From contig NGBS01000292.1 of NCBI GenBank assembly GCA_002245135.1, positions 310,001 through 374,000 of the forward strand: a stretch of DNA of 64,000 bases. Direction: 5' to 3'. The notes beneath the pieces were generated by a model. The model had not been told where the DNA came from and did no database searches. It saw nothing but the letters and a program-made list of their open reading frames with translations. Made by a program: the position numbers and the translations under genes. The DNA comes from Proteromonas lacertae. Lineage: Eukaryota. Below, piece after piece: positions 27,411-39,816 of the stretch (its first letter is position 1; each line of letters opens with the position of its first letter).

Positions 27411-27469
27411 AGAATAGTTTTGCAATCAAGCCTTTTGTCAAGTTATAAAACGTTTTTTTTCTGTTTATA

Positions 27470-28390
27470 ATGACTGAGGAAGTTCCATTACTTGATCATA
27501 CTAAAATGAGGGAAAGTTTAGGGTATAGAAGACAGGTAAAACCACCAGTACATGAACCACCTCCATTAGAGTATATTTCTTATTTTATTGAAATTAGTGT
27601 TCATCTTGAAGCTCAACGAATGCATTTTCCACCAGCATATGGATATGAAAAAGAATTCAGACCTTGTAGGAGATATATCGATGAAGATACTGTCTGCACA
27701 AATCTAGATAGAGAACATGTATTAAAAGAATTATTTACATACATAGGGAAAATTGCATTGTCAACCATTCCCACCAATAGATATAAATTATGGTGAAAAA
27801 GTCCATTATCAACAGCATCTAGCCACAACCGATTGGAACACATACGATCTAAAAGCCACTTTCCAAATGGGTCATAAATGTCCAGTAATAGTCGAAGGGA
27901 CACAACAGAGAAGATGTTTATATCCAAGTAAAGATACTTGTATTGAATTATTGATGGGAAGAAAACACCGTGTTTTAGATATGAGAGATAGAAACTATAT
28001 ACCGTGCTATGTACCAGGAGATAAGAATTATTCAAATCCAGAGTTTTCACCAGGTTTCTTTATCACTGATAGATATATGCCAAATTCAGATTTTGATAGG
28101 AAAAATCATACTTATAATAGAGTATATTATTATTTAAATATATTTATTAATAGTTGACATTCAGTACATTAACTATGTCAAAACGTGATCCAAATAAGAA
28201 GATGGTTACTTATAAAGAAAAACATACAAAGAAATTAAAGAATGAGGAAGTGGATGATATTAAATCATTGACTAATTGGGAGGAAGAACATGGATTTACT
28301 AAGAATCAACAACCAGAACCAGAGCCTGAAGCTAGACCAGCATCTAGAAAATCAAAGGTTAAATCACCTGTGAAGAAAGGAAAGAAATAA
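27470..28390 (+). CDS. Hypothetical protein with Lys-rich C-terminus, multi-exon
   Basis: Consecutive ORFs (27470, 27753, 28154) with intron-like GTAT..TAG segments near 27570 and 28122; exact reading-frame joins not resolved; no domain recognised. Confidence 0.55.
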
Positions 28391-28519
28391 AGTGTATAGT
28401 ATTTAATATAGTAATTTTCTAATTTGTTGTCAATTATTTAACTTAAGTTATTATGAATATATGTGTTTTTGTGAAGAATTAAACAGAAATTGATAATAAC
28501 AGACAATAAATAATGTTAT

Positions 28520-28808
28520 TTATTTTTTATTTACTTCTTTAGTCATTGTTTCGTAATTATCTGTAGTTATTTGAAAAACTTGAAGTAATTTTGAAGAGCA
28601 ATTAGACATACAATTTTCATCTACTAATATTCTGTTTATCCCTAATTTTGAAAAATTGTTTAAACATCTTTCAGAACATACTTTATCAATATAATATTGT
28701 TGACTAATAGATATAACAATAACAATGATGATACTTTATTTCTTCTTGATGATTTAATTTATCAAGTTCATTTAAGAACACTTCTTTATCCTTCTTATTG
28801 AGATTCAT
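28520..28808 (-). CDS. Small Tim (twin CX3C) mitochondrial intermembrane chaperone-like protein
   Basis: Not in the ORF track; spliced reading gives KVCSERCLNNF...ENCMSNCSSK. Confidence 0.6.
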
Positions 28809-28931
28809 TGAAAAATGTAATTCAGTAATTGTGACTTAATGACCAAAAGTAAATTACATTCAATTTCTAACTGATTTATTTTCAAAATTTAAATTCAAAT
28901 TTTTAATTCTTTATTAAGAGAATAGAATAGA

Positions 28932-30675
28932 ATGAATCTTCGTGCATCTGGAAAATCTTTTAGTAGTTCTGGACCTAAACCCAGAAACACAGTACCAAAG
29001 CCTGTACCTATGGTATTGAAACATAAATGTCCAACTGGTGTTAGTCCCGGTGGAATATATCCAAATGGAAATGTATTAGAAGACGAAACAGCCAAGTTAC
29101 TATCAAGAAGACCTTGTCATTGGGGTGAATCAGATAAACACAGTTCAAATAAGCCACCAGTGCCTTCATCATTAGGAAATGGAAAGGGTGGTGCAGATGT
29201 ATCAAATGATGACTATGTTCACAACTTACAACAACAAATCTATTTTCTAGAGTTAGAAGTCGAGCATTTAAAATCCAAAGGTACTTGTTCAACAGCAATG
29301 GTTGTACAAGGCAAACAAGCATTAGATGTAAAATTCATCGAATTTAAATCAATATTTGATGAATTGAAAGAGAAATCTGGGAAAAAGATCTTAGAAATGA
29401 AAAAAGAAAATGAAAACATTCAAAAACAATTAAACGAAAAAATCTCTAAACTAGTTACACTTAAGAATGAAATTGAAATAGCTCAAAGGGATAGAGATAA
29501 TGTAGTAATACAATATAACACATTAAAGCAGAGTATAGAGAAAATGAAATTAGAATTTCAGTACAGATTAGATGATAAAGAGAGAGAATATCAAGATTTA
29601 TTAGAAAGATATAATAATTTAAATACAAATCTTACACAAATATCTACTGAATATAATGTATATATTATATATATATATTAAAAATAGATATTTAAAAAAC
29701 ATACTGAATCTAATAAAGACCAAGATAAAAAAGAAATGGAAAATTATAAACGATTTATTGATAAATATAACAAAGAAAGAACCCAATTAATACAGCAAAA
29801 GACACAATTGGAAATACAAAATAATGATTTAAATGCACAAGTTAATAGTATAACAAATAGTGTTGATAAAGTATATATAAAAAATATATATATATTAATA
29901 GATGAAAATAGATGTTGCAAATAAAGATGATGAATTAATGAAAGTAGAAAATAAACTGAATGAAATAAGTGAAGTGAATAAAATATTAGATAATAAAAAC
30001 AATGAATTAATAACTGAATTATCCAAGATTAAAGCTGATAATGAAGAGAATAAGAATATTATCACTTATTTAAAGAATCAACAGGATGAATTAACTTCAA
30101 AATATAGCACATTAGCTTCTGAAAAAGATAAAAATGATAGAATGTTGGAATATGAGAAAACAAATAATAACAATTTAATGAGTCAAATTGAAGATTTAAC
30201 ACAACGATTGTATGAATGTCAAGATCAATTATCGAAACAAGAGGTGTTGATAGTGAAATATGAAAAAGATGAGGAGATTAATAGAGATAGAGAGAATAAT
30301 AGAGATTTAAATAATGAAAATATTAAGAATAAGAATATAGAATTGTTGTCACACATCAAAGTGTTGAATGATAATAATGATGAGTTAAAAGATGAAATTA
30401 GACAGTTGAAACAAGAAATACAGTCTCAGAAAGAGTTAATTGTGGAGTTACACATAGAAAATGAAGAATTAAAGAAGGAAGAAGAGATGTATAAGAAGAT
30501 GAAAGATTTGAAGCTAGAGAGCCTAAATTGTTTGATGAAATCTAATATAGAAGCAGCTGCTACAATTGATGGATTTATTAAAACAGTAAAACCAGAAGAT
30601 AGAAGGCATCAACAAGATGAAGGTATAAATAGTACCAATGATATTGATGAACATAATAGTAATGATGAAGAATAA
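28932..30675 (+). CDS. Long coiled-coil protein, 3 exons
   Basis: DDYVHNLQQQIYFLELEVEHLK followed by extended heptad-rich E/K/N sequence; introns near 29658 and 29871. Confidence 0.7.
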
Positions 30676-31569
30676 TAAATAAATAATTAACTATCATATA
30701 CGTCTTTATTTCTTTGTTGGTAAAATAATTGCTACACGATAAGAAAGTTTGACTCGAATTTAAATAGGACTTACATACTTCACTCAAACTGGCTTGAAAC
30801 TTTTTTAATTTAACACCTTTTTCTTTTCATTTTTTTGTTATGATAGAGTTTGAATCAAAAGTTAATATTTTGTATAAGTATTGAGTTCATGTTATAGTTT
30901 GTATTTTGCTATATAAATCAAAAATTAATTTTTGATGCATTTATAATTTAGATGATATAGACAATTAAACTGCATATTTCATAACATATGTACATATTCA
31001 GAAGTAATACATACTTAAAACCATTATATGTTCTTCGAACTAAGTCTTATTTTCAAATGCACTATCTTAATAGTTTAATGTTACTAATTATATGCAGTCA
31101 TACAAAATATGCAAAATATGGTACATCACACAACAAACTAACATGTATCTATCACGTACAAAAAGTACATTTGAATGCTGAAAGTAAATAAATCTTATTC
31201 ACAGCAATATGCATATTTAATCCTTGAATTCATGAATATAGGCTAAATAATGTTATAATCATAATAATTATAAAATTGAAAAAAAAAAGTAATTAAAACT
31301 CTTCAGCATAAGCAATTGTAAGTAAAAAAAATCATTTAAAATTGATATACAAAAATATTTATACTGAATATAATGTACACAAGAAGATAATTGGGTAAAT
31401 AAAAAATGAAAAAGTGATACAAAAGACAAATGTATTTGGTAATGTCATAATTACCTAAAAAAGATGATGATGGCTATACTTTTATTTTCTATCATAATAA
31501 TAGGTCAAATACATTGGTGTGAAGATAGAGTATTTGGAGGTTTTACAATAGAAATAAGAAGATATGTGA

Positions 31570-32662
31570 TGGATGTAGATAGTGGATTTCGACAGTTGCA
31601 TATGTTTCTTAACAATTAATCCACAAATGTAATAATAACAAGTGGATTTACAACGAATCAATTATTTATAAACATAACTAGTAAATGTTAGTAAATAAAC
31701 CTTATGGTAATATATTTAGGTGTTAAGCATAATATAGATTGGTGTAGTATTTTGAATATATGGAGATATAAATTGTATCAGAATTATTCAATATAGTGTA
31801 TCTTCCACAATTCCATATGATTATCCAACAATAAAAAAGATAGTAGATTATTAATTAAGATGGTCGAAGTAATTAGAAATGTAATTCGAAGTGCATTAAG
31901 AAATGCTAATCTAAAAGCAAGTGATATAAGTTATATTGAAGCTCAAATTATATGTTGGTGTTGTAAAAACAAATATTTCACATTTAGAATCAGCTTCAGG
32001 TATTGCAAGTTTGATTAAATCAATATTTATGTTAGAGAATAAGAAAATCATCACTTTAACTTGAATGATTTAAAGATAGCTATTCCAACAAAACATTTAC
32101 CATTACCAGAAACAGATAATAAATATTGTATTGGTATAAGTTCATTTGGATTTAGTGGAACAAATGCCTATGTTATATTAGAGAACTATATGAAACTCAA
32201 CCAATATTTAAAGAAAATATGGATGAATGTAATAAGATATTATCCTCCTATTCATCTCCAAATCTATTAGAACTATACACTCAACCCTGTTTATTCAGTA
32301 TCGAATATAGTTTATATAAGATGTGGTTAAGTAATGGAAGACTCGTGTGTATGCATAGTATAGGTGAATATGTAGCTGGAGACGTAAGTGGAATAATGAG
32401 TTTAGAAGATGGATTGAAATTAATAGCAACAAGAGGTAAATTGATGAGTAGTTTAGAACATAATAAAGGAGGAATATTAGCTATATTTTTAGAAAATGAG
32501 AAAGTGTGTTAGAATATATAAATAAATATAATGGTATAGAGATTGGATGTTATAATGGTCAAAAACTGAATGTAGTAGGGGTTTAATAAGTGAGATTGGA
32601 AAATTAGAGAATGAATTAAAGAAAGATAACATTCAATACAGTCTATTAGAAGTAAGTCATGT
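31570..32662 (+). pseudogene. Decayed type I polyketide synthase (carrier-domain, KS and AT fragments)
   Basis: YDYPTIKKIVDY (carrier end); VIRSALRNANLKASDISYIEA, GVVKTNISHLESASGIASLIK, GISSFGFSGTNAYVILE (KS); TQPCLFSIEYSL, HSIGEY, SLEDGLKLIATRG, LEVSH (AT); many stops, deletions and frameshifts. Confidence 0.85.
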
Positions 32663-32839
32663 GTAGTATAAGTTATGAAACGGTCATTTTTTTGAAAACA
32701 TCAAATCCTCAAAACTTGACCCAAACACCGAAAAAACTAACCATATCCCCAAATAACCCCCCAAAACAACACCACACCCCAAATTTATGCCAAAATTTTT
32801 ACCAAAATAAACAAATAAAGCTAATTATTCATTAATAAA

Positions 32840-35725
32840 CTATATTAGGTTAGAATAGTCACAGAATTCAGTTATAAAGATGTAGTAATCATCATCATGG
32901 TATAAATTTATATATATATTTATTATATTTATATCTATATCTATTTCTATATCTTCAATACTTATAATTCTATAAATTTTTAAGTTTATTGTTTCAACTT
33001 TTATTGGTTTTATTTTTATTATATTGTTTTCTATAGACTGAATTAAACCAAAGAGAATTAAGTTGTCATGATGGTATGCTACTATGGAATAACTGTTAAT
33101 CTCTATTGAGTTATACAAATCTTTTATTGATTTGCTCTTATTTGGTATTATATTATATTTTTTTCTTTCTTTTTTTTTATAATTAAATATATGCAGTTTA
33201 TTGATGAAGGATATACCATTAGATATAGACTTCTTTAGGAATCTAGGTGAGTATGATAATTTTTTTACTATCTTATAGGAACGCTCATATACTGAAGTAC
33301 TGTGATGGGCGAGAGGTCCAATACACAACATGTAATCCACAATATGCACAAGGCTGTGGATTGAAGGTGTGAAATAATAATTAGTTTCCAACACCAGCAA
33401 GTGGTAAATTAATTTCTTTTTTAATTCTATGGGTGATAATGTTGATTTATCATAATACAAACAATGGTTTATTATATCAATGAGTTCAAATAAGGAATGG
33501 TATATATCTTTATTTATGTTAGGTATCTTCAAAGCTGATAATAATAACAATGGTAGAATGTTTAAGAGTAGGAAATTTTGTTGGATAATATTATATATTC
33601 CAATATTTTTGATATTAATATCTTTATAGGTAGAAGATGATAAAGAATAGGTAAATTTAAAATTTTTTTCATCATAAATAGTATATAAATATTTTATAAC
33701 ATCTATATAGAATGGATAGATGCTGTTTCGTATTGTATGCATTGCATCATATCCGATTATATTAATTGTAAAATATTTTAATGTAAAAAAGGGGGATAAT
33801 GTATAGTTTTTAATTTTAATATTAGAGTTTAATAAGAAATTAGTAAAATCATCATCGGTAAAGACTTTCCAGGAGATTGTTTCAGAGTACTTGTATATGT
33901 CATTATAATAGTCCTTATATTGTAGGTCAAGTCCTCGTATAGAATGTTTGACTCTTTTATTATCTATAATTCTAGTATGGCAATTACAAGATCTGCAATA
34001 AAAATTAGATGAAATATAGTTATGCAACTTCAACAATTGTATAGTGGCTGGCATATCAGCTACTATACTTACTAGGTATATGTTATACATTTTATTATTA
34101 ATAGCTATACCATTAATGTAAAGATCATTTAAGTCTTCAATTAATTCATTAATTATTTCATCTATATTTTCAGATTTATCTGTGACAGATATAGGCTGTA
34201 TCATTGAACTATCATTTAAGCAATTCATGAATTTATATGAAAGGATATTTACGGATCTTTTTATTGATGCGAATTTGGCTATTTCAACGCCATCATATGA
34301 GATTTGTAATGGTATATGAGTATATTGTTTATGGATATCTTTATTATATATATTTTTATAGTTGTCTGATGTGTAGATGTCATGATAAGCATTTGGTGAA
34401 GGTGGTATAAATTCAAGAATATTTCTTTCAAGAATATATTTTATGCTTTTTTTAATAGATATATAACCATTTGGTTCTTGATAATTAATTATATAGTAAA
34501 CATGATTTCTTAAACTTTTTGTTGTTTTTTTAATATTCAAATTGTTAATACAACCAATAGTATCTATTTTGTTTAAAAACTCATCACTTTTTGTTAATGA
34601 TATTCCATTAGCCACAAAGAATTCCATTAGATAGATGGAGAACTTATCACTGTCATTCAGTGGAGTTTCTTCTGCATTATAATTTATAGGATAATCATAT
34701 TCTTCCTCATCGATAGCATAATCATAATACTCTTCCTTGTCACTAGGATTTTCAGACTCAATATTAGATGAATATACTAAATCATCATCTTCTTCTTCCT
34801 CCATATAGCTATTTAATAAACCAGAATTAGGATTTGATAAATTAGAATTAAGATTTGATAAATTAGAATTAAGATTTGATAAAGTAGAATTAGGATTTGA
34901 TAAACCAGAATTAGGATTTGATAAACCAGAATTAGGATTTGATAAACCAGAATTAGGATTTGATAAATTAGAATTAGGATTTGATAAATTAGAATTAGGA
35001 TTTGATAAAGTAGAATTAGGATTTGATAAATCAAAATTAGGATTTGATAAACCAGAAATAGGATTTGATAAATTAATTTTAAAATTAACAGCAAAATTGT
35101 AAGTATTATTAATAACTGATGATGTAATATTATGTAGATCGAAATCATTGATAGATAGAAATTTATCATTGTCATAGTATATAATATATCCATTACTTTT
35201 GTTTGTTATTTTATCAAGTTTATGTTTATCTTGCAAATATTGGAGTTTTTCAAGATAAGTTAGTTTATCTGTTTTCCCTTTTATCATTTTTCTGTAACTG
35301 TTTAATACTTTTATTACTTTAACTTTTCTGTTGTAATAAGGGAAAGGAATCATTATATATTTATCTAATATTGTATGAAGAACATTGAAAGTCACTTTCT
35401 TTTCCTTCTTTTCCATTCTTTTATTAAATATAATCGGATTTATACTTTTTAAACTAGAGAAATTGTTACAATCATATTTGATAATATCAATTTGGATATA
35501 ATTATTATTAATACAATTAAAATTTAAATGGTATTTATCAGCGTTAATATTGTAGGTTTGCGGATAGTATAATTTATTTATGTTTTGAATGAAAATATTA
35601 TTAGTATCATCATTATTACAATAATATATTACTGTAGTGTTTAGTTTTGATAAAACAGATAATACATAGCTTATATTATTAATAAAAGTTCTTTTAGCTT
35701 TTTTAATATTATTATACGAGGACAT
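32840..35725 (-). CDS. EnSpm/CACTA (Tnp2/Transposase_21)- or Plavaka-related DDE transposase
   Basis: QISYDG (D1), IVADMPA (D2), CRSC, GYDAMH, TPSIHSLVHI..IGP..STSVYER (E); intronless; first ATG (35725) lies inside the MULE left TIR. Confidence 0.8.
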   Translation of the reverse strand: MSSYNNIKKAKRTFINNISYVLSVLSKLNTTVIYYCNNDDTNNIFIQNINKLYYPQTYNINADKYHLNFNCINNNYIQIDIIKYDCNNFSSLKSINPIIFNKRMEKKEKKVTFNVLHTILDKYIMIPFPYYNRKVKVIKVLNSYRKMIKGKTDKLTYLEKLQYLQDKHKLDKITNKSNGYIIYYDNDKFLSINDFDLHNITSSVINNTYNFAVNFKINLSNPISGLSNPNFDLSNPNSTLSNPNSNLSNPNSNLSNPNSGLSNPNSGLSNPNSGLSNPNSTLSNLNSNLSNLNSNLSNPNSGLLNSYMEEEEDDDLVYSSNIESENPSDKEEYYDYAIDEEEYDYPINYNAEETPLNDSDKFSIYLMEFFVANGISLTKSDEFLNKIDTIGCINNLNIKKTTKSLRNHVYYIINYQEPNGYISIKKSIKYILERNILEFIPPSPNAYHDIYTSDNYKNIYNKDIHKQYTHIPLQISYDGVEIAKFASIKRSVNILSYKFMNCLNDSSMIQPISVTDKSENIDEIINELIEDLNDLYINGIAINNKMYNIYLVSIVADMPATIQLLKLHNYISSNFYCRSCNCHTRIIDNKRVKHSIRGLDLQYKDYYNDIYKYSETISWKVFTDDDFTNFLLNSNIKIKNYTLSPFFTLKYFTINIIGYDAMHTIRNSIYPFYIDVIKYLYTIYDEKNFKFTYSLSSSTYKDINIKNIGIYNIIQQNFLLLNILPLLLLSALKIPNINKDIYHSLFELIDIINHCLYYDKSTLSPIELKKKLIYHLLVLETNYYFTPSIHSLVHIVDYMLCIGPLAHHSTSVYERSYKIVKKLSYSPRFLKKSISNGISFINKLHIFNYKKKERKKYNIIPNKSKSIKDLYNSIEINSYSIVAYHHDNLILFGLIQSIENNIIKIKPIKVETINLKIYRIISIEDIEIDIDINIINIYINLYHDDDYYIFITEFCDYSNLI
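34817..35073 (-). repeat. In-frame 21-bp minisatellite (about 12 copies of xLSNPNS)
   Basis: Unit TAAA(CC/TT/GT)AGAATTAGGATTTGA repeated on the + strand. Confidence 0.95.
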
Positions 35726-36978
35726 TTTTTTAGAACGGCTGTTCAAATTTTTAACACCCTATTTCTAGTGGCGTTACAGCCTTTATATTAAATTTCTTCA
35801 AGATATAGATAAGTAATTAAGAGTTTCTGAAACTATCTGTGAATTTCGTTTACTTATGATTAATTCATTTTGACATTAGTTTTAAAATTGATGTCCAAAC
35901 AAAAGTGCATAATATCTGCATTTAGGACCTCCAATTATTTTCGTAATAATATGTTTATTTAATGAAAAAATAAACAAAACATTTTCACAAAGCAAACCTC
36001 AAGTTTGAATGATTTTAAATTTTTTGGTTTTTAAGCTCCTTATTTAATAGATGAATAAGAAATATTATTATGTGGTTTTATGATTAATATACAAAGACAG
36101 AGTGGTGCTAGAATTAAAATATAGTGAATATGTTACATATTAGAAGTGATCTCAAAGAGAAGTCCAAAAAATGAATTAGAAATATTATTATGTGGTTTTA
36201 TGATTAATATACAAAGACAGAGTGGTGCTAGAATTAAAATATAGTGAATATGTTACATATTAGAAGTGATCTCAAAGAGAAGTCCAAAAAATGAATTAGA
36301 AATATTATTATGTGGTTTTATGATTAATATACAAAGACAGAGTGGTGCTAGAATTAAAATATAGTGAATATGTTACATATTAGAAGTGATCTCAAAGAGA
36401 AGTCCAAAAAATGAATTAGAAATATTATTATGTGGTTTTATGATTAATATACAAAGACAGAGTGGTGCTAGAATTAAAATATAGTGAATATGTTACATAT
36501 TAGAAGTGATCTCAAAGAGAAGTCCAAAAAATGAATTAGAAATATTATTATGTGGTTTTATGATTAATATACAAAGACAGAGTGGTGCTAGAATTAAAAT
36601 ATAGTGAATATGTTACATATTAGAAGTGATCTCAAAGAGAAGTCCAAAAAATGAATTAGAAATATTATTATGTGGTTTTATGATTAATATACAAAGACAG
36701 AGTGGTGCTAGAATTAAAATATAGTGAATATGTTACATATTAGAAGTGATCTCAAAGAGAAGTCCAAAAAATGAATTAGAAATATTATTATGTGGTTTTA
36801 TGATTAATATACAAAGACAGAGTGGTGCTAGAATTAAAATATAGTGAATATGTTACATATTAGAAGTGATCTCAAAGAGAAGTCCAAAAAATGAATTAGA
36901 AATATTATTATGTGGTTTTATGATTAATATACAAAGACAGAGTGGTGCTAGAATTAAAATATAGTGAATATGTTACAT
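35718..36978 (+). repeat. Left terminal inverted repeat (333-bp unique arm + 120-bp array)
   Basis: Reverse complement of 40059-40835 apart from array copy number. Confidence 0.95.
36051..36978 (+). repeat. Tandem array of an identical 120-bp unit, about 7.7 copies
   Basis: Sequence lines 36061-36900 repeat exactly every 120 nt; partial copy to 36978. Confidence 0.98.
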
Positions 36979-37764
36979 GTAATTTAATAGTTACTAGTCA
37001 TTATGGATAATTTAATTAAAATATAAAAGTGAATATTGTTTTTGGTTGTTACAATTAAATTGTATATGTAGATGAAGTAATATACTAACAATGTTGATGA
37101 TAAGCATCGAGAATTATAGCAGAATTAGGAAAGATGTTTGAGTAGAAGATTTATTGGAATTTAAATGGTGAATCTGACACACTCACTGGCTTTTAGTTAT
37201 TTAGCAAAGGAAAGAAAAATAACAGTAACAACAACTCTAGTAATAAACTTAATAACTTATTCTAATAGCCATTAGATTATTATGAAAATATTTTATAGTT
37301 TATTAATAAAATAGTGTTAATAAGTGTTTTTAAGCTATGTTAGTTAAAAATTACTTCAAAGGGATTGAAATTGATATTTTAAATACTATGATAATTTGTT
37401 ACTGTGATATTAATTTCATTTAATAATAAATTAGTATTAGAAAAGAAGAGAATATGAGATTATATGATTTATACTTCACAACACCATAAGAATTTAATGA
37501 ATTAGAATGTGATTAGAGAAGTGTATTATCAATATAGATAATAAGAAATTGTTATTCAATGAAGATAATAATATCAATAAAACAAAAGAAAATATTAATA
37601 TATATTATTACAGTTTATATGAAGAATGTAAATACATGATAAAAGAATGAATAAATGATAAAATATTGATAGTATAATTGTATAGTATTTGAATAGATAT
37701 TCAAGATAAAATGATAAAATCGTATAATATAACCAATATACTTATATAATATTATAATTAAAAT

Positions 37765-39816
37765 TTAGTTTATTTTCTTTCTTTTATTCTTTTTTTCGTA
37801 TGAACATTCAATCCTCTTTGACATATAAATTGTTCTTTTTGTAGAGATATTATTTATATAGTTTAAAGTAGCATCATCTTGAATTATTTTATATCCTTCC
37901 TCAGAATTACTTATGAATAAATATATTGCTGTTATTATTATCTCTGATGCTTCTTTTTCAATATTGCTATAATCTTTTGCTATGAATTTTTTAAATTCAT
38001 TTTCTGCTATTTTATCATATATATAATTTATTAGTGATTGGTATATTTCTGTTATTGTATCATCTTTAATACTTTGTAACATAGATGAAAAATATGATTT
38101 ATGAATAGAAGCTTTTAATTTGACAAATTCTTCTTCATCAATGTTTATGTTTTCATAATTAATAATGTTATTATATACCTCTTTTTCATTTAAACTTTTT
38201 TCTATACTTTCTACTACTTCTGTTGGATAATGAATTTTACTGAAATAACAATCTGTAATTGGTATACTACTAAAAAAGTAACTTTTAAAACACTCGTTGC
38301 ATATTAATTTATAAGTATCCACTTTTATATCAAATTTTACTTTAATATAAAGCATATGCGAACATGGTATTCCTGTTACCATTCTATATCCACAATTACA
38401 GCTAATTACATCATTATTACAACTTACAATATATTTATCATTCTCATTCTTCAAAATATACTCGCTTTTTTCTTCATTATACCAACATTCATAAATTGAA
38501 TCGCAAAGAATTGAACTTTGATAAATGAAATTTGCAGCACATTCATCCCACAGCATCGAGGATATTTCATCTAATTTATCGTTATTAACAGTAATGATTT
38601 CATTAATTATTTTATATTGTTTTTTGTAGATGTCTTCCAATACTGTCAATACTGCATCATATCTGGATCTACGATGTTTAAGTGAACTTTTAATATAATG
38701 ATTTAATGCTTCAACCGCGCTAGTGCTATGGCACCCATATATACCCATTTCAGAAACACCATCTTTTGTAAAATACGACTTATATTTATCACTTGTATTT
38801 TCTACAATTATTTCTCTTTGCAGTGGATTGGTTATATAATTATATAAAATACTTTTTAATGCTTTATCTCGAATATATATTAGAAAGTGGAAGGTATCTA
38901 TAACAAACTGGATATTTAATTCACGAAGGGCATATAAAACGGCAAGCTCTTTGTCATGTATAACACTTACTATATTGCCGTTTGTATTAAGTTTTTGATA
39001 TATAAAAAGATATGTGGATTTGTCTTTTTTTCTAGTTATTGCAAAAGCAACTAACAATAACTTGTGTGGTGCTATTTGCATATACACTAGATACAGTTGC
39101 ATATTATTCAAAAATACATTGAAAGTTCCATCACAAACCAAAGTCGAATATTTTTGCAACCTTTCTTGGTCCATAATAACTAAAACTGTATCTTTATTTT
39201 TGTATACAGTATATTTTTGTTCAACATTAAAGAAAAATCTTCGCATCCCTTCTTCTTCATTTCTTAATTCTTTTTTGAAATTAATAACTTTTGTTTTTAT
39301 CTGCTTTTCTACATTATTAGTTATTCTATATCTATCCTTAACTGTTTTAATAATATTTGGCAATAATGATTTTGTGTTCTTAGCCATTGAAATTACTTCA
39401 TTTTCAATATCATTAGTCAATTTATAAATTGTTCTTTTATCTATAATTCTATTCAACTTATGATTGTGAGATTTAAATTCTACTATTATTTCGTTAGTAT
39501 AATCAACCTTAACACAAAAATTACATCCTCCTTCATAATCACAGGAAAATGTTAATTCCTTCTTCGCATGACTTGAATAATGCACAACTGGTTTAAAACC
39601 TACTTGATACCCATAAAGATGAACGATAAAATAAACATCACCTTTCGTTTTGAACTTGGATTTAAATAGATCTTCGTGTATATCTGCAAACGTCTCAAAA
39701 GGTGGGTATATTTTGCACACCTTTGCCAGCTCTTTGCATCTGCCATCGACTATTGAGTGACTGTCCTTACTAACAGGAATCACTACACATTCATTTACAA
39801 TTTCAATTTTATTCAT
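37765..39816 (-). CDS. MULE transposase with N-terminal WRKY/GCM1-type Zn finger and C-terminal SWIM domain
   Basis: CDYEGGCNF..SHNH; LVCDGTF (D1); IHDKELA (D2); DTFH; STSAVEALNHYIK (E); CNCGYRMVTGIPCSH (SWIM); 683 aa, intronless, uninterrupted. Confidence 0.92.
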   Translation of the reverse strand: MNKIEIVNECVVIPVSKDSHSIVDGRCKELAKVCKIYPPFETFADIHEDLFKSKFKTKGDVYFIVHLYGYQVGFKPVVHYSSHAKKELTFSCDYEGGCNFCVKVDYTNEIIVEFKSHNHKLNRIIDKRTIYKLTNDIENEVISMAKNTKSLLPNIIKTVKDRYRITNNVEKQIKTKVINFKKELRNEEEGMRRFFFNVEQKYTVYKNKDTVLVIMDQERLQKYSTLVCDGTFNVFLNNMQLYLVYMQIAPHKLLLVAFAITRKKDKSTYLFIYQKLNTNGNIVSVIHDKELAVLYALRELNIQFVIDTFHFLIYIRDKALKSILYNYITNPLQREIIVENTSDKYKSYFTKDGVSEMGIYGCHSTSAVEALNHYIKSSLKHRRSRYDAVLTVLEDIYKKQYKIINEIITVNNDKLDEISSMLWDECAANFIYQSSILCDSIYECWYNEEKSEYILKNENDKYIVSCNNDVISCNCGYRMVTGIPCSHMLYIKVKFDIKVDTYKLICNECFKSYFFSSIPITDCYFSKIHYPTEVVESIEKSLNEKEVYNNIINYENINIDEEEFVKLKASIHKSYFSSMLQSIKDDTITEIYQSLINYIYDKIAENEFKKFIAKDYSNIEKEASEIIITAIYLFISNSEEGYKIIQDDATLNYINNISTKRTIYMSKRIECSYEKKNKRKKIN

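Noticed and set aside
34813..35193. 126-aa ORF of YQILIL repeats
   Set aside because: Alternative-frame by-product of the 21-bp minisatellite
36051..36978. CRISPR-like array or repeated small ORF
   Set aside because: Units are identical with no unique spacers, the frames checked contain stops, and there are no cas genes; it is part of a TIR
36979..37764. Second MULE gene (mudrB-like) between the left array and the transposase
   Set aside because: No ORF of 60 aa or more and no consistent spliced model could be built by eye
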